Origin: an uncultured virus (IMG/VR IMGVR_UViG_3300020036_003824)
Lineage: Duplodnaviria; Heunggongvirae; Uroviricota; Caudoviricetes
Reading direction: 5' to 3' (one strand)
Virus record (IMG/VR): IMGVR_UViG_3300020036_003824
DNA: 64,000 nucleotides
This document shows, piece after piece, positions 46,618 through 55,656 of this stretch; positions within the stretch are counted from its first letter, which is position 1, and each line of letters begins with the position of its first letter. Position numbers and translations under genes: made by a program. The notes under the pieces are model-generated. The model ran no database searches. It was not told the DNA's origin and saw only the letters and a list, made by a program, of their open reading frames with translations.

Positions 46618-47136
46618 TTAGGCCGGCTCCTGCGTCATCTCGTTTTCTGACAGGTCGTTTTCTTGCGGAAAAATATCGGGGGAACTGCGCAAGAAGTTTG
46701 AAACGAATGCGCTCCTGCAAGAGTCGGCCAAGATAAAAAGGTCGGTCACTGAGTAGCCTTCCGTATTGAAGTCTTGCAGCCATGAAATTGCCTCCGCTTC
46801 GTTCCATTCCGACAGATCCGATCCTTCGGGCCGTACAAAGAGCGTCAGTGTGAGCAGCAGCGGGTGCGGCACCTTGTCGGCAATGCGTTCCAGTGCGGCG
46901 GTAGCATTGTAGGCGTGTACGCTTGCAGTAAACACGTCGTTTTTTTTCAGCGCGTTCACTACCTGGCCGATGGTTTTTACTGCCGAACCGGCGCTTGTAC
47001 CCGTTTCGATTTCCAGCCTAAATTCTTCCATACGCTGATAGCCGTCCACGGTCAGTTTGTCGTGTACGATGAAGCGCCGGCCATTCGCCATAAATTCCCG
47101 AGCGTTTTCCGGGATTGTTTTGATTTCAGTTGTCAT
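46618..47136 (-). CDS. Tail assembly chaperone (gpG-like)
   Basis: Position upstream of tape measure. Confidence 0.5.
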   Translation of the reverse strand: MTTEIKTIPENAREFMANGRRFIVHDKLTVDGYQRMEEFRLEIETGTSAGSAVKTIGQVVNALKKNDVFTASVHAYNATAALERIADKVPHPLLLTLTLFVRPEGSDLSEWNEAEAISWLQDFNTEGYSVTDLFILADSCRSAFVSNFLRSSPDIFPQENDLSENEMTQEPA

Positions 47137-47435
47137 GCTTTTATTGCTTCTACCCTTATTTTGTCAAAAAACATTGTGAAACATGCAAAAAGGATGATTT
47201 CAAACGGGTAAAAACCCAACATGAAAACCCCTGTCCATAGTCCGACCTGACCTGCGGTACAAAAACTGCAAAGGCCCATCGGCTTTGTGATCCATCCGTA
47301 CTGCCATTCAAAAGCCTTCTTTTCCAGCCACATCCGGTAGGCGCTCAAAATCATCCCGTCTGCCATGCACCATTCAAGCACAGCGACCAGCACGGCCAGC
47401 TGAAAAGAAAAAAACACCTCACTCGCTAACAGCAT
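47133..47435 (-). CDS. Membrane protein with CxxC (DUF1360-like)
   Basis: WITKPMGLCSFCTAGQ flanked by TM helices. Confidence 0.6.
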   Translation of the reverse strand: MLLASEVFFSFQLAVLVAVLEWCMADGMILSAYRMWLEKKAFEWQYGWITKPMGLCSFCTAGQVGLWTGVFMLGFYPFEIILFACFTMFFDKIRVEAIKA

Positions 47436-48025
47436 GATTGATCGACTTCTATTTCCGGAAGTGCGCAGCCTTTCATAAGGTATGCGCGCATTCGGAATAT
47501 GATTGCAAACGTCCGGTATGGCGGCATAAACAGCGCGTCATCCGGCTTGAAATTGTACAGCGACCATATGCGGCCAGAATCGGCGCTGATCGCTTCAAAG
47601 TTGATTTTAGGTTTCTTGAAAAATGGCATGTCCGTTTTCCGCACCCGGTCGATAATGTCCTGCATAAGCCGACCGCCTTTATCGACTTCGCCATGATAGT
47701 CCATCGCGTCTTCGTTGTACCACACAACCACACGAAACCTTACCGTGATGAGTTGGTAGCGGCTCGTGTTTTGCTCTACCGTAATGTCGCTGGGGAAGTC
47801 TGTGAACGCAATACCGGCGGCGGAAGCATCGGGCGAAAGGTTCATGATGTCGGAAGTCTTGCCCGTGTACACGCCGTCTTTGTCACGATACCCTTTGCAT
47901 CCGGGGTATTTCGTGCGATCGTTGCCGTTCAGCGTGTCGATCACCTCTGCCAGCCCGCCCGGACGTGTAATCATCGGAGCGGCTGCCAGTGAAGCCCGCA
48001 CTTTATTTCCTATGTATTCGAACAT
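47426..48025 (-). CDS. Tail terminator / completion protein
   Basis: Synteny after neck gene; start MFEYIG. Confidence 0.55.
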   Translation of the reverse strand: MFEYIGNKVRASLAAAPMITRPGGLAEVIDTLNGNDRTKYPGCKGYRDKDGVYTGKTSDIMNLSPDASAAGIAFTDFPSDITVEQNTSRYQLITVRFRVVVWYNEDAMDYHGEVDKGGRLMQDIIDRVRKTDMPFFKKPKINFEAISADSGRIWSLYNFKPDDALFMPPYRTFAIIFRMRAYLMKGCALPEIEVDQSCC

Positions 48026-48576
48026 TAGGTCATGTTTCGTTTGATGATTGCAGAAATGCGGTCGCTTACGCCCTTTGTGATTTGTTCCAGTTCGCCTGCG
48101 GAGTTCTTTGTCAATTCGCTTCCCTCGCGTTCCGAATGTGCTTTCAGCAGCAGGCTGGATCGTGCGTTTTTGCCGCCTATCTCGATCTCTACTACATCTT
48201 CGCCAATCGTGGTAATTTGCTTTACCCCGAATCCCTGCCACATTTCGCCGGTGAACTGAAAGTTTTTTACCGACGTACCAAGGCCGTTGAAGCGCCGAAA
48301 GTCGGAATAGGAAACCTCTTCACCCTGCTTCGCTGCTTTCCTGACTGCCGTTTCACCGCCGCCGTTTCTACTTTTTCCGAAGTAAAAGAATGCGGGTACC
48401 GGCTTGGTAGAATATGCGCTGAATCGCCCGCCGTCGGCACGCTCTCCGCGCTCAACTACGCGCTCTTCGATCAGCGCGGAAGCATCGGCCCCTACGCGGC
48501 TTGCCTCTTGCGGCAGGTTGGCGCGTATTTCCTTTATGGTCAGGGCAATGCCCTTTCGTAGTTCATCGACGTTCAT
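48025..48576 (-). CDS. Neck / virion morphogenesis protein
   Basis: IEERVVERGERADG...YS...NFQFTGEM pattern and synteny. Confidence 0.6.
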   Translation of the reverse strand: MNVDELRKGIALTIKEIRANLPQEASRVGADASALIEERVVERGERADGGRFSAYSTKPVPAFFYFGKSRNGGGETAVRKAAKQGEEVSYSDFRRFNGLGTSVKNFQFTGEMWQGFGVKQITTIGEDVVEIEIGGKNARSSLLLKAHSEREGSELTKNSAGELEQITKGVSDRISAIIKRNMT

Positions 48577-49946
48577 GTTCTTAAGCCGCTCATTTGAATT
48601 TTAGGCTTGCACATTACGCAGTCGTTCGAATCTTCGTTGATCGTGCTTACCAGGTACGTCATAACTTCCGCATATTCCGCTTCCCATACAGCCGCATCGC
48701 TGGCCTGCTGCTGCCCTTTGGCGATATTTGAGCGGCTTGGAGCGGATGATCTGTTCTTTGCGCCCACAAGTTCGGCTGCCCACCGGCGCTGAATAGCCGT
48801 GGCGACGGCCATGATTTCCGGCCCCTGACCTTCCAGCATTTTGCAGTATCCTTTTGTCAGATCGCAGCCCACTTCTATTTCCAGTGCAAGGCCGTTCATG
48901 TATTCGCTTACCGTATCGGGTGCATCGGCAAAGTCTTCCAGCGTGTCGGTCACGTACCCGCCTGTAATGATGTAGTTATTCCACGAAAGCGGCCCGCGAT
49001 AGTCGTGCGGCCATGGGTTCAGCGTGCCGTACCTGTTCACGTAAGTAATTGGCGTAATTCCGCTTTTATTGCAGGGTGCGCAATATGTTTTGTTGAGCCG
49101 TGGGCGGTTTGTCACATCATACCTGAACATCAAAAAGTAGTCCTGACAGGTATTGAAGTCGTCGAGCATTGGCAGTGTAATGCCGATGTCGTTCACGCAC
49201 TTTCTACCGCCGCCGATGGTCCTGATTTTAAGTTCAGGCGTAACGACCGTGCCGTTTTTGTCAAAAAGCCATGCCGAAATAACACCCGTTTTTTCGAAGT
49301 ATGAAGCGATGCGCCGGATGCGCAGGTACCCGGATTTAATCGGGTTGGTGCGGATGCGGATGCCCGCATATCCGTATGTCGTACCCAGGTAGGCCGTGCT
49401 TTGCTCCGTGCCAACGTAGCCGGAAAACTTCGGGTACCGTTCCAGAGATGTTTTTTTGACCGCCGTATTCATGGAGGCGATGACCTCTTTGATAACGTAG
49501 GTGCGCTTTTGCATCACCATTTCCCATACGTCGGCGTCACAAGTGGCAAGGCCCGCCACCTCTTCGATCGGAAGGATGTCGGATAGGTAAAGACCGGATG
49601 TGGAGGTATCGTAAGCAGGAATAATGGCGGCGGCGGAAACGTAGGCGTAATACCACAGTTGATAGTAAGCGCCCGGCAGCGGGTCGGTGATGGTCAGGAT
49701 TTTTCCGCTTCTTGAAAGCCGGCTGTCGTCTACACGCTCCCCGTTTTCGTATAGTTCTGCCAGCGCTTCGCCTGCGGGCAATTTGTATTGCGCTGTAAAT
49801 ACGAGCGTATCATCCGGATCCGCATCCGAGTGGAAGACTTCGTAATACCACCTTTGGACGGTATCCTTTCCATCCGGACGGTCCTGATCGCAGTCGCAAC
49901 CCCCTGTATTTGTAATACCGACCAAAGTTTCAAAGCAATTTTCCAT
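48573..49946 (-). CDS. Head-tail adaptor-like structural protein
   Basis: Synteny after capsid; Cys-rich. Confidence 0.55.
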   Translation of the reverse strand: MENCFETLVGITNTGGCDCDQDRPDGKDTVQRWYYEVFHSDADPDDTLVFTAQYKLPAGEALAELYENGERVDDSRLSRSGKILTITDPLPGAYYQLWYYAYVSAAAIIPAYDTSTSGLYLSDILPIEEVAGLATCDADVWEMVMQKRTYVIKEVIASMNTAVKKTSLERYPKFSGYVGTEQSTAYLGTTYGYAGIRIRTNPIKSGYLRIRRIASYFEKTGVISAWLFDKNGTVVTPELKIRTIGGGRKCVNDIGITLPMLDDFNTCQDYFLMFRYDVTNRPRLNKTYCAPCNKSGITPITYVNRYGTLNPWPHDYRGPLSWNNYIITGGYVTDTLEDFADAPDTVSEYMNGLALEIEVGCDLTKGYCKMLEGQGPEIMAVATAIQRRWAAELVGAKNRSSAPSRSNIAKGQQQASDAAVWEAEYAEVMTYLVSTINEDSNDCVMCKPKIQMSGLRT

Positions 49947-50042
49947 ACCCTTTTTTGTAATCCGATTGATAAAAAAAACGGCGCGAACAACCAAGGCCCG
50001 CGCCGTTACCTTTCCGCGTAAAAAAGAATTTTGTTCAACCTA

Positions 50043-50600
50043 TCAGGTCTTTTTCTTCAACACCAGGCGAAGCACGTACGAAGTGGACTGCGTACCCGTG
50101 CCGTCAACGACGAATCGGTAGTTGATTCCGTAGGCATGGGGAATATACAGGGCTTCCGTCGTCGCGGTCGTTGCTGCCGTAGCGGCTGCGGAGTTGGCGC
50201 TGTTGAGCGTTGCAGACCATCCGGCAGTAGGCGGCGTTGTCGTTCCAGTGTAGGCGTACGTCGTCTCTTCGACCTTTACCGCAATATTCGCCGTGCCGGA
50301 CAGACTGGTACGGATCACGTTCAGCGATGCCTGAAAGTCGCTCAGTAGCGGGCGAAGGCGCGAAGGCAGGTACAGGGTATCGTTGGCGGCGTTGGTGATG
50401 GTGTCCTTCGTGAAGGTCACTTCATAAAAGGTGCCGGACGGGGCAAAATACATCTGCCCGCCGTCGAACTTTTCCACCATCATTTCTTCCGGCTTGTCCA
50501 CCGGCGTTTCCGTCTTGAATCCGCTGAAGATCGCAAGCGCCAGAACGGCAACGAAAGCCAGCGGGGAAAGGAGTTTGAGTTTATTGAAATCGAGTTTCAT
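50043..50600 (-). CDS. Capsid-adjacent beta-rich protein with N-terminal signal/TM segment
   Basis: KLKLLSPLAFVAVLALAIFSGF N-terminus; directly after major capsid. Confidence 0.7.
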   Translation of the reverse strand: MKLDFNKLKLLSPLAFVAVLALAIFSGFKTETPVDKPEEMMVEKFDGGQMYFAPSGTFYEVTFTKDTITNAANDTLYLPSRLRPLLSDFQASLNVIRTSLSGTANIAVKVEETTYAYTGTTTPPTAGWSATLNSANSAAATAATTATTEALYIPHAYGINYRFVVDGTGTQSTSYVLRLVLKKKT

Positions 50601-50614
50601 ATCGTTGTTATTTA

Positions 50615-50654
50615 AAGCGGAAGCGCCAATTTTTTATACCAGCGCTTCCGCTTT
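50615..50654. terminator. Terminator-like hairpin after the capsid gene
   Basis: AAGCGGAAGCG...CGCTTCCGCTTTT. Confidence 0.6.
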
Positions 50655-50697
50655 TGTTTTATGAATGAGTTACCGCCACTTTTCATGGCGCCACTGT

Positions 50698-51720
50698 TTA
50701 GATGCCTGCCACTTTTTCAAATGCCAGGATGCCGGTCACGTCCGTGTCACATCCCAGCGGGTTGAGTTCAAACGAGCCGTAAGCCTTCATTTTGATGGAA
50801 AGTACGAAGTCGTCGGAAACGCAGTCTTCGATCTCGTGTACATCGTAGTAGATGCCGGGCAGGTTTTTGGAAGCGACTTTGTAGACGCGGTGGTTGCCGG
50901 CCATTTGCTTCGGAACGCTGTCCCAGAAGTTACCGGATACGAAAGCGGCGGCGCTGGCATTGACCATGTAGGTCTTATTGCCCACACCTGCGTTATTCAT
51001 ACCAATCGGATCGCTTACTGCCCACTGCATCGAATTGAACAGGTTGTTGTCGCCTTTCCCGTCCGCGTTGGCGGCATTCTGTTGGGCGATAAAGCGCTGA
51101 ATCCAGAAGTTTTGACCGTCAAGCATGTACGGGTTGGTGAACTGCGAAAGGTTGGCTGCCAGTTGCAGTTCGCCCATAAGGGCAGGGCCGTACGCATTCC
51201 AGTCGGCTGCGGAAATCTCCCAGTCACCGCCGTTGTCGGAACCTACCGGCAGGCTGTATTGGTGTTCGCCCTTGTTCGCTTCCAAAAATGCGATGTACTG
51301 ACTGTTCAGGTACTCATCGAGTGCCTTCATTTTCAGCATCATCTGGAAAGCGATGGTTTCTTCCAGGCTGTACGGCGCGGTGCGCTGACGCTTGTACCCT
51401 TCTTTGAACCCGGCCTCACGCAAGCAGGTGAGCGCTACGTCCTGACTGTTGTCGGTCGCTTCACCTGTGGCTACAACGCACTCGTCAGAGCAGGATGTGG
51501 TGTCATTGGTGCAGGATTCCAGCCAGTAGATAGTCGTCGTCAGTTGCTTGGCGTTTTTGCCGCTGCCGGTAATGTTGTTCGGTACTGTGATCGTCTGCCG
51601 TTGCAGTTGCGTACGCAGAGCCTCTACGTGTGCAACGAATTGGCTGTTTCGGATCGGATCTTGCCATGCCCGGTCAATGGCGATTTGGAGTTTCGGGAGA
51701 GATACATTAAACGCTGCCAT
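50698..51720 (-). CDS. Major capsid protein
   Basis: 340 aa, strongly biased codon usage, follows scaffold and precedes terminator. Confidence 0.8.
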   Translation of the reverse strand: MAAFNVSLPKLQIAIDRAWQDPIRNSQFVAHVEALRTQLQRQTITVPNNITGSGKNAKQLTTTIYWLESCTNDTTSCSDECVVATGEATDNSQDVALTCLREAGFKEGYKRQRTAPYSLEETIAFQMMLKMKALDEYLNSQYIAFLEANKGEHQYSLPVGSDNGGDWEISAADWNAYGPALMGELQLAANLSQFTNPYMLDGQNFWIQRFIAQQNAANADGKGDNNLFNSMQWAVSDPIGMNNAGVGNKTYMVNASAAAFVSGNFWDSVPKQMAGNHRVYKVASKNLPGIYYDVHEIEDCVSDDFVLSIKMKAYGSFELNPLGCDTDVTGILAFEKVAGI

Positions 51721-51759
51721 TAGGTAGTGTTAGTTTACTTGTTTGAAGTTCGCGGCTGT

Positions 51760-52659
51760 TTACCCCTGCTGCTGTGCTTCATAAGCCGATGCCAGTTCCT
51801 CTTTCTTTTTCGGATCGGACTCGGCGTTGTACCGTCTCATAAAATCTTCATCATCTTTGAAGGTGATGGTGATTGTTTGACGGCCATTTTCGTTCCCGGC
51901 TTGTCCGGTCGCTTCTTGTTTTTTGAAGTCGAAGTAGAGGTTTCCGGTTCCAGACACCAAATCTTCCAGGAACATCGCGTGTCCATGCTGGTTGTTGATG
52001 CGCTGTCCGTTTTGCAGCGGAAGGATGCGACCGTCTTCGGTTTTCTGCCATTCGTAATCCCTGAATTTCGCAACAAAGTCGTCAACGAGACGCTGCGCTT
52101 TGGCCTGATCTTCGGGAAGGACCGGGTTCATACCCATGAACTTTTCCCGGATTACTTTTGACATATCACCCCATACCTGCTGACGCTGAAACTGCGTTTG
52201 GACTTCCTGCACTTTGGCAGCGTATTCCTGCTCTTTAGCCTCCAGCGCTTCGCGCATCTGGCGTTCCAGCGAAAGGTATTCGTCCGTCTTTTTTACCTGA
52301 TTGGGGTCGTACGAACTGGACTGTTGCTGTGCCGCTTTGACAGCGCTCAGTAGTTCGTCCCCTTTCAGTTTCTTGTCAGGATCGACGGCAGGGTAGGCTT
52401 CACGCAGACGCTTTTCCCATGTGCCGTGTACTTCCGCTTCCGTTTTCTTTACGGCCTTGTTATAAACCTCGGTCGTATCTACGGGCTTTGCGAGTTTTGC
52501 CACTCTGTCCGCATCCAGCCGTAGCAGGGCATCGAGGGCATCCTCTTTCAGTTCAGTTGTAAAAGAACCGTCATCGGACTTTTTGAAGAGGGTTTCCGCG
52601 ACCTCGTTTTCAGGCAGATTGTATGCTTTCTGCAAGAAGCCATTCAGAATATCTGACAT
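51760..52659 (-). CDS. Capsid scaffolding protein
   Basis: Charged coiled-coil protein immediately before capsid. Confidence 0.75.
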   Translation of the reverse strand: MSDILNGFLQKAYNLPENEVAETLFKKSDDGSFTTELKEDALDALLRLDADRVAKLAKPVDTTEVYNKAVKKTEAEVHGTWEKRLREAYPAVDPDKKLKGDELLSAVKAAQQQSSSYDPNQVKKTDEYLSLERQMREALEAKEQEYAAKVQEVQTQFQRQQVWGDMSKVIREKFMGMNPVLPEDQAKAQRLVDDFVAKFRDYEWQKTEDGRILPLQNGQRINNQHGHAMFLEDLVSGTGNLYFDFKKQEATGQAGNENGRQTITITFKDDEDFMRRYNAESDPKKKEELASAYEAQQQG

Positions 52660-52677
52660 TTCAACTCGTTTTGATTG

Positions 52678-52950
52678 TTAATCTTGGTTTACATCGCCTG
52701 CTGGTGGACTGGCGGGCGGTGTGGCTGCCGGTGCCTTTTCTTTGGCGGGCGCCTTTTCTTTGGCCCCGGCTTTTTCGATGTTCTTTTTCAGGGCGTTAGG
52801 CAGATCGGCTACCTCTTTGCCCTCTTCGCGTACCTCTTCGTATCCGTATTTGCCGTCCGGCCACAGATCGTAGGTAACACGGTTGACCTTGCGGAATCTG
52901 CCGTCACGGACAAGGTGAACCAGGTCGCGTTTGTTTTTTCCTTTTTCCAT
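52678..52950 (-). CDS. Small Lys/Ala/Pro-rich protein
   Basis: ORF MEKGK... Confidence 0.6.
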   Translation of the reverse strand: MEKGKNKRDLVHLVRDGRFRKVNRVTYDLWPDGKYGYEEVREEGKEVADLPNALKKNIEKAGAKEKAPAKEKAPAATPPASPPAGDVNQD

Positions 52951-53100
52951 TGTGAGGGTAAATAAAAAAGCGTAGGTCAGTGCCGGTCGTGACACTGCCT
53001 ACGCTTTTAAGTTATGTATTTTTGTTTACTACGTTCACGGTTCGCACCCCTGCTCTGCCGTGATCCTAAACCCTGTTTTGTTTGTCTTTTGTTTCGCCCC

Positions 53101-53334
53101 TTAGTTTGCCGTCGGTTCCGTTTCCTCTTTTCCTTTACCTGCCGTTTTGCCGGTAGTTACCGGGCGCTCTTTTTCGGTTTTTTGCGTGATGTCATCTTCG
53201 TGACGGTCAACAATTAACCAGTTTTGGGAAGTCCGGCGAAGGTCTTCGTACTGCTCAACAGTTACGGCGCGTTCATGCTTCGTGATGTTGTGGCGAATCG
53301 TAAAGGATTTGTAAGTTTTAGCCTGTTTAGCCAT
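53101..53334 (-). CDS. Hypothetical protein
   Basis: 77-aa ORF. Confidence 0.6.
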   Translation of the reverse strand: MAKQAKTYKSFTIRHNITKHERAVTVEQYEDLRRTSQNWLIVDRHEDDITQKTEKERPVTTGKTAGKGKEETEPTAN

Positions 53335-53346
53335 GATGGAAAAGTG

Positions 53347-53610
53347 TTAAATGCCTTCGTTAATAAGATCGGCGGTCATTCTGAAAACTTCGCGGTACAT
53401 CGCCTCGTCGCATTCTATCTCGTCGGGTATGTTGTAGCGCTTTTTAAACTGAATGATCGTTTCCCTCCAGTCTTCGTTCGGATGTTCATCCCGTCTCGAT
53501 GTTGCGTATCCATGCAGCAGCATGTAAATCGGAGAACGGCGCAAAAACGCCGTAATGCCCAACATCTTATCGGGAGCCGCCCGTTGCCTTGTTTTTACTT
53601 CCCTTTGCAA
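53347..53610 (-). CDS. Hypothetical protein
   Basis: 87-aa ORF; TAACTTTG -7 box overlaps its 5' end. Confidence 0.55.
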   Translation of the reverse strand: MQREVKTRQRAAPDKMLGITAFLRRSPIYMLLHGYATSRRDEHPNEDWRETIIQFKKRYNIPDEIECDEAMYREVFRMTADLINEGI

Positions 53611-53646
53611 AGTTATATACTTTTTCGGTTAAACAAATAAATAGCC

Positions 53647-54105
53647 TCAAAAAGCATCGAATTCGCCCTCGTATGCAGCGCCCGGCACACGCCACGCCTC
53701 CAAAATGGTGATGATGGTCGTACCGTAGTCGGTAGAGTATGCTTCGCAGGGTAGTTTCTTGCCATTCTGGTACAGGCGGAACTTCGTACACATCGAAGCG
53801 GGCAGCCTTCCTTCATTGATGTCCGAAAAGTCAAGTTCGGATATGGTATCATCCGTTTCATTCGGGAAATACTTCCTGAATGTCACTTCCAGATTGCCCA
53901 GCGGCGGCGCTGATTGCCCTTGCCCATTGTTTCCGGATGCGTAAGGGTATAAAGTCCACCGGCTTTTCGGCCACGCATCGCAGTCACGCGAAATCTCAAC
54001 CCACCCGTTGCCCGGATCGGATGCCTGCAACAGGTCGAATGTGCCGCACTCCCAATTTCGGAGTATGGCAGTCCCGCCGATGATCTTTGATGCGATTACG
54101 CCCAT
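53647..54105 (-). CDS. Hypothetical structural-region protein
   Basis: Start moved to MGVIAS. Confidence 0.6.
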   Translation of the reverse strand: MGVIASKIIGGTAILRNWECGTFDLLQASDPGNGWVEISRDCDAWPKSRWTLYPYASGNNGQGQSAPPLGNLEVTFRKYFPNETDDTISELDFSDINEGRLPASMCTKFRLYQNGKKLPCEAYSTDYGTTIITILEAWRVPGAAYEGEFDAF

Positions 54106-54113
54106 CTCTTTTT

Positions 54114-54521
54114 TTAGTTGAGGCCCAAAATGCCGCCGCCCATTGGGCGCTCTATCAGTAACATTGAGGTGCTTGTAATTTTTACGTCGTACCTGACCTT
54201 CCCGTCGATGCGCTCCATCTTGCGTGTGGTATTGGTGAATTTCACGCCGGGCATGTGCGGCGGTTCGTAAGACTGCTGCATAACGCCCGTCTCTACCCAT
54301 CCGACGCCGAACTGCTGTTCCATATCCTCTACAACGCCTGCCAGGTAGCGCGCAAAATCAGTCATCATGTCGATTTTTATCTGCGTACGCTTGGCGCTCT
54401 TGCCCTTGACGTAGTACATATCTTCGTTGTACTCTTCGATGGATGCTTCCAGTTTAGAAATCTTCCTTTCTATTCCTGAAATGATCTTCAGCGCTTTTTC
54501 CTGCTCTTGTGTCATGTCCAT
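54114..54521 (-). CDS. Hypothetical protein
   Basis: 135-aa ORF with N-terminal coiled coil. Confidence 0.65.
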   Translation of the reverse strand: MDMTQEQEKALKIISGIERKISKLEASIEEYNEDMYYVKGKSAKRTQIKIDMMTDFARYLAGVVEDMEQQFGVGWVETGVMQQSYEPPHMPGVKFTNTTRKMERIDGKVRYDVKITSTSMLLIERPMGGGILGLN

Positions 54522-54530
54522 TGCTTTTGG

Positions 54531-55490
54531 TTATTGATTTGCGTTGATTACTCCATAACTCTGCCGTATCTGCTCTACCTTTTTCGGGTCTAACTGCATT
54601 GCCAGTTCCTCGGTGATGTAGCGTATGCGGTGTCGGCAGTTCCACCTTCCACGGTCTATACGCGGCGTGTACGGGATACCGGAAGTTTTGCCCGGCAGAT
54701 CAGGATCGCCCGGCCATTCCGTATCCGCTTCAATTACAGCAAACACCTTGCCCGCTTTTTTGATGCAGAAAGGCCGGCTGTCGTGAATGATGCCGCCAAC
54801 GTAGATAAAGTACGGCAGTTCCAAATTCTCCCGGAACTGCTCATTTTTTATTTCTGCTACCTTGTTGAACAGATCGTACGCATAGCCCGATGCTTTGTTG
54901 TTGAAGTTGGCGTTGATCGCTCCGGGCTGTCCTGCATGTCCGCGTATAAAGTCCTTTACCGTCGCGTTCAACTCCTTCAATGTGCCGCCCGATTGCAGTT
55001 CCTGCAAAAATAGCATTTTCGCCTGCTGCCGGACGGATGGTATTTTGGATATGTCGGAAATCATACCGCCCTTTATCATGTTGCCTCGCGCATCTATGCC
55101 AAGCGCGGCCCGCAGTAGTTCGTTCGACGTGGCGATATCGTTGATGATCTTTTCCGCTGCAAAGTCTTTGTAGCACATGCCCGTCATGTCGGCAATGGCA
55201 AGTAAGTCTTGCACAAAGCCCCGCATAAGCGGATTCATTACCTCCATTTGCCAGGCGTCGAATACCTCGTCTATCCTGTACAGTAGCAGGTAGTTGGGTA
55301 TCGAATTGACAAGGGCGCCGTTCGAAAACTCCAAATCGGAAAACACATTGTCTATCAGGCGCAAAAACAGGTCGCGTTCCGCTCTGGATACCGATCCCGA
55401 CAGCGATGACTGCCGACGCTCGATAGCATCTGCAATTTCCTGTGCGTCTTTCGACAGCCTTGCGAGTAGTTGGGCAGCGGATTCGGCCAT
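54531..55490 (-). CDS. Head morphogenesis / minor capsid protein (Mu F / SPP1 gp7-like)
   Basis: YVGG...DSRPFC...GRWNCRH motif after portal. Confidence 0.85.
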   Translation of the reverse strand: MAESAAQLLARLSKDAQEIADAIERRQSSLSGSVSRAERDLFLRLIDNVFSDLEFSNGALVNSIPNYLLLYRIDEVFDAWQMEVMNPLMRGFVQDLLAIADMTGMCYKDFAAEKIINDIATSNELLRAALGIDARGNMIKGGMISDISKIPSVRQQAKMLFLQELQSGGTLKELNATVKDFIRGHAGQPGAINANFNNKASGYAYDLFNKVAEIKNEQFRENLELPYFIYVGGIIHDSRPFCIKKAGKVFAVIEADTEWPGDPDLPGKTSGIPYTPRIDRGRWNCRHRIRYITEELAMQLDPKKVEQIRQSYGVINANQ

Positions 55491-55645
55491 TATGCCTGTT
55501 TTTTCTTCTTTTTACGTTTTTTCTTCGCCTCTTCGGCTGTGCTAAGTGCAATGGCGACGGCCTGCTTTTGCGGCTTGCCTTTCTTCATTTCGTGCTTTAT
55601 ATTCTCCGAAATGGTTTTCTTTGAAAATCCCTTTTTGAGTGGCAT
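55490..55645 (-). CDS. Small basic phage protein (not in ORF track)
   Basis: [51 protein letters not shown], between portal and minor capsid. Confidence 0.8.
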   Translation of the reverse strand: MPLKKGFSKKTISENIKHEMKKGKPQKQAVAIALSTAEEAKKKRKKKKKQA

Positions 55646-55656
55646 GGATGGGTGTT

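Noticed and set aside
46376..46807. Programmed -1 frameshift between the tail chaperone ORFs
   Set aside because: The -1 frame is open across the overlap, but I found no convincing XXXYYYZ slippery heptamer and the second ORF has its own ATG at 46567.
50665..51723. Long + strand ORFs antisense to capsid, portal and TMP (e.g. 50665-51723, 56155-57060, 43719-44498)
   Set aside because: Shadow ORFs produced by codon bias of the real - strand genes; no protein-like motifs.
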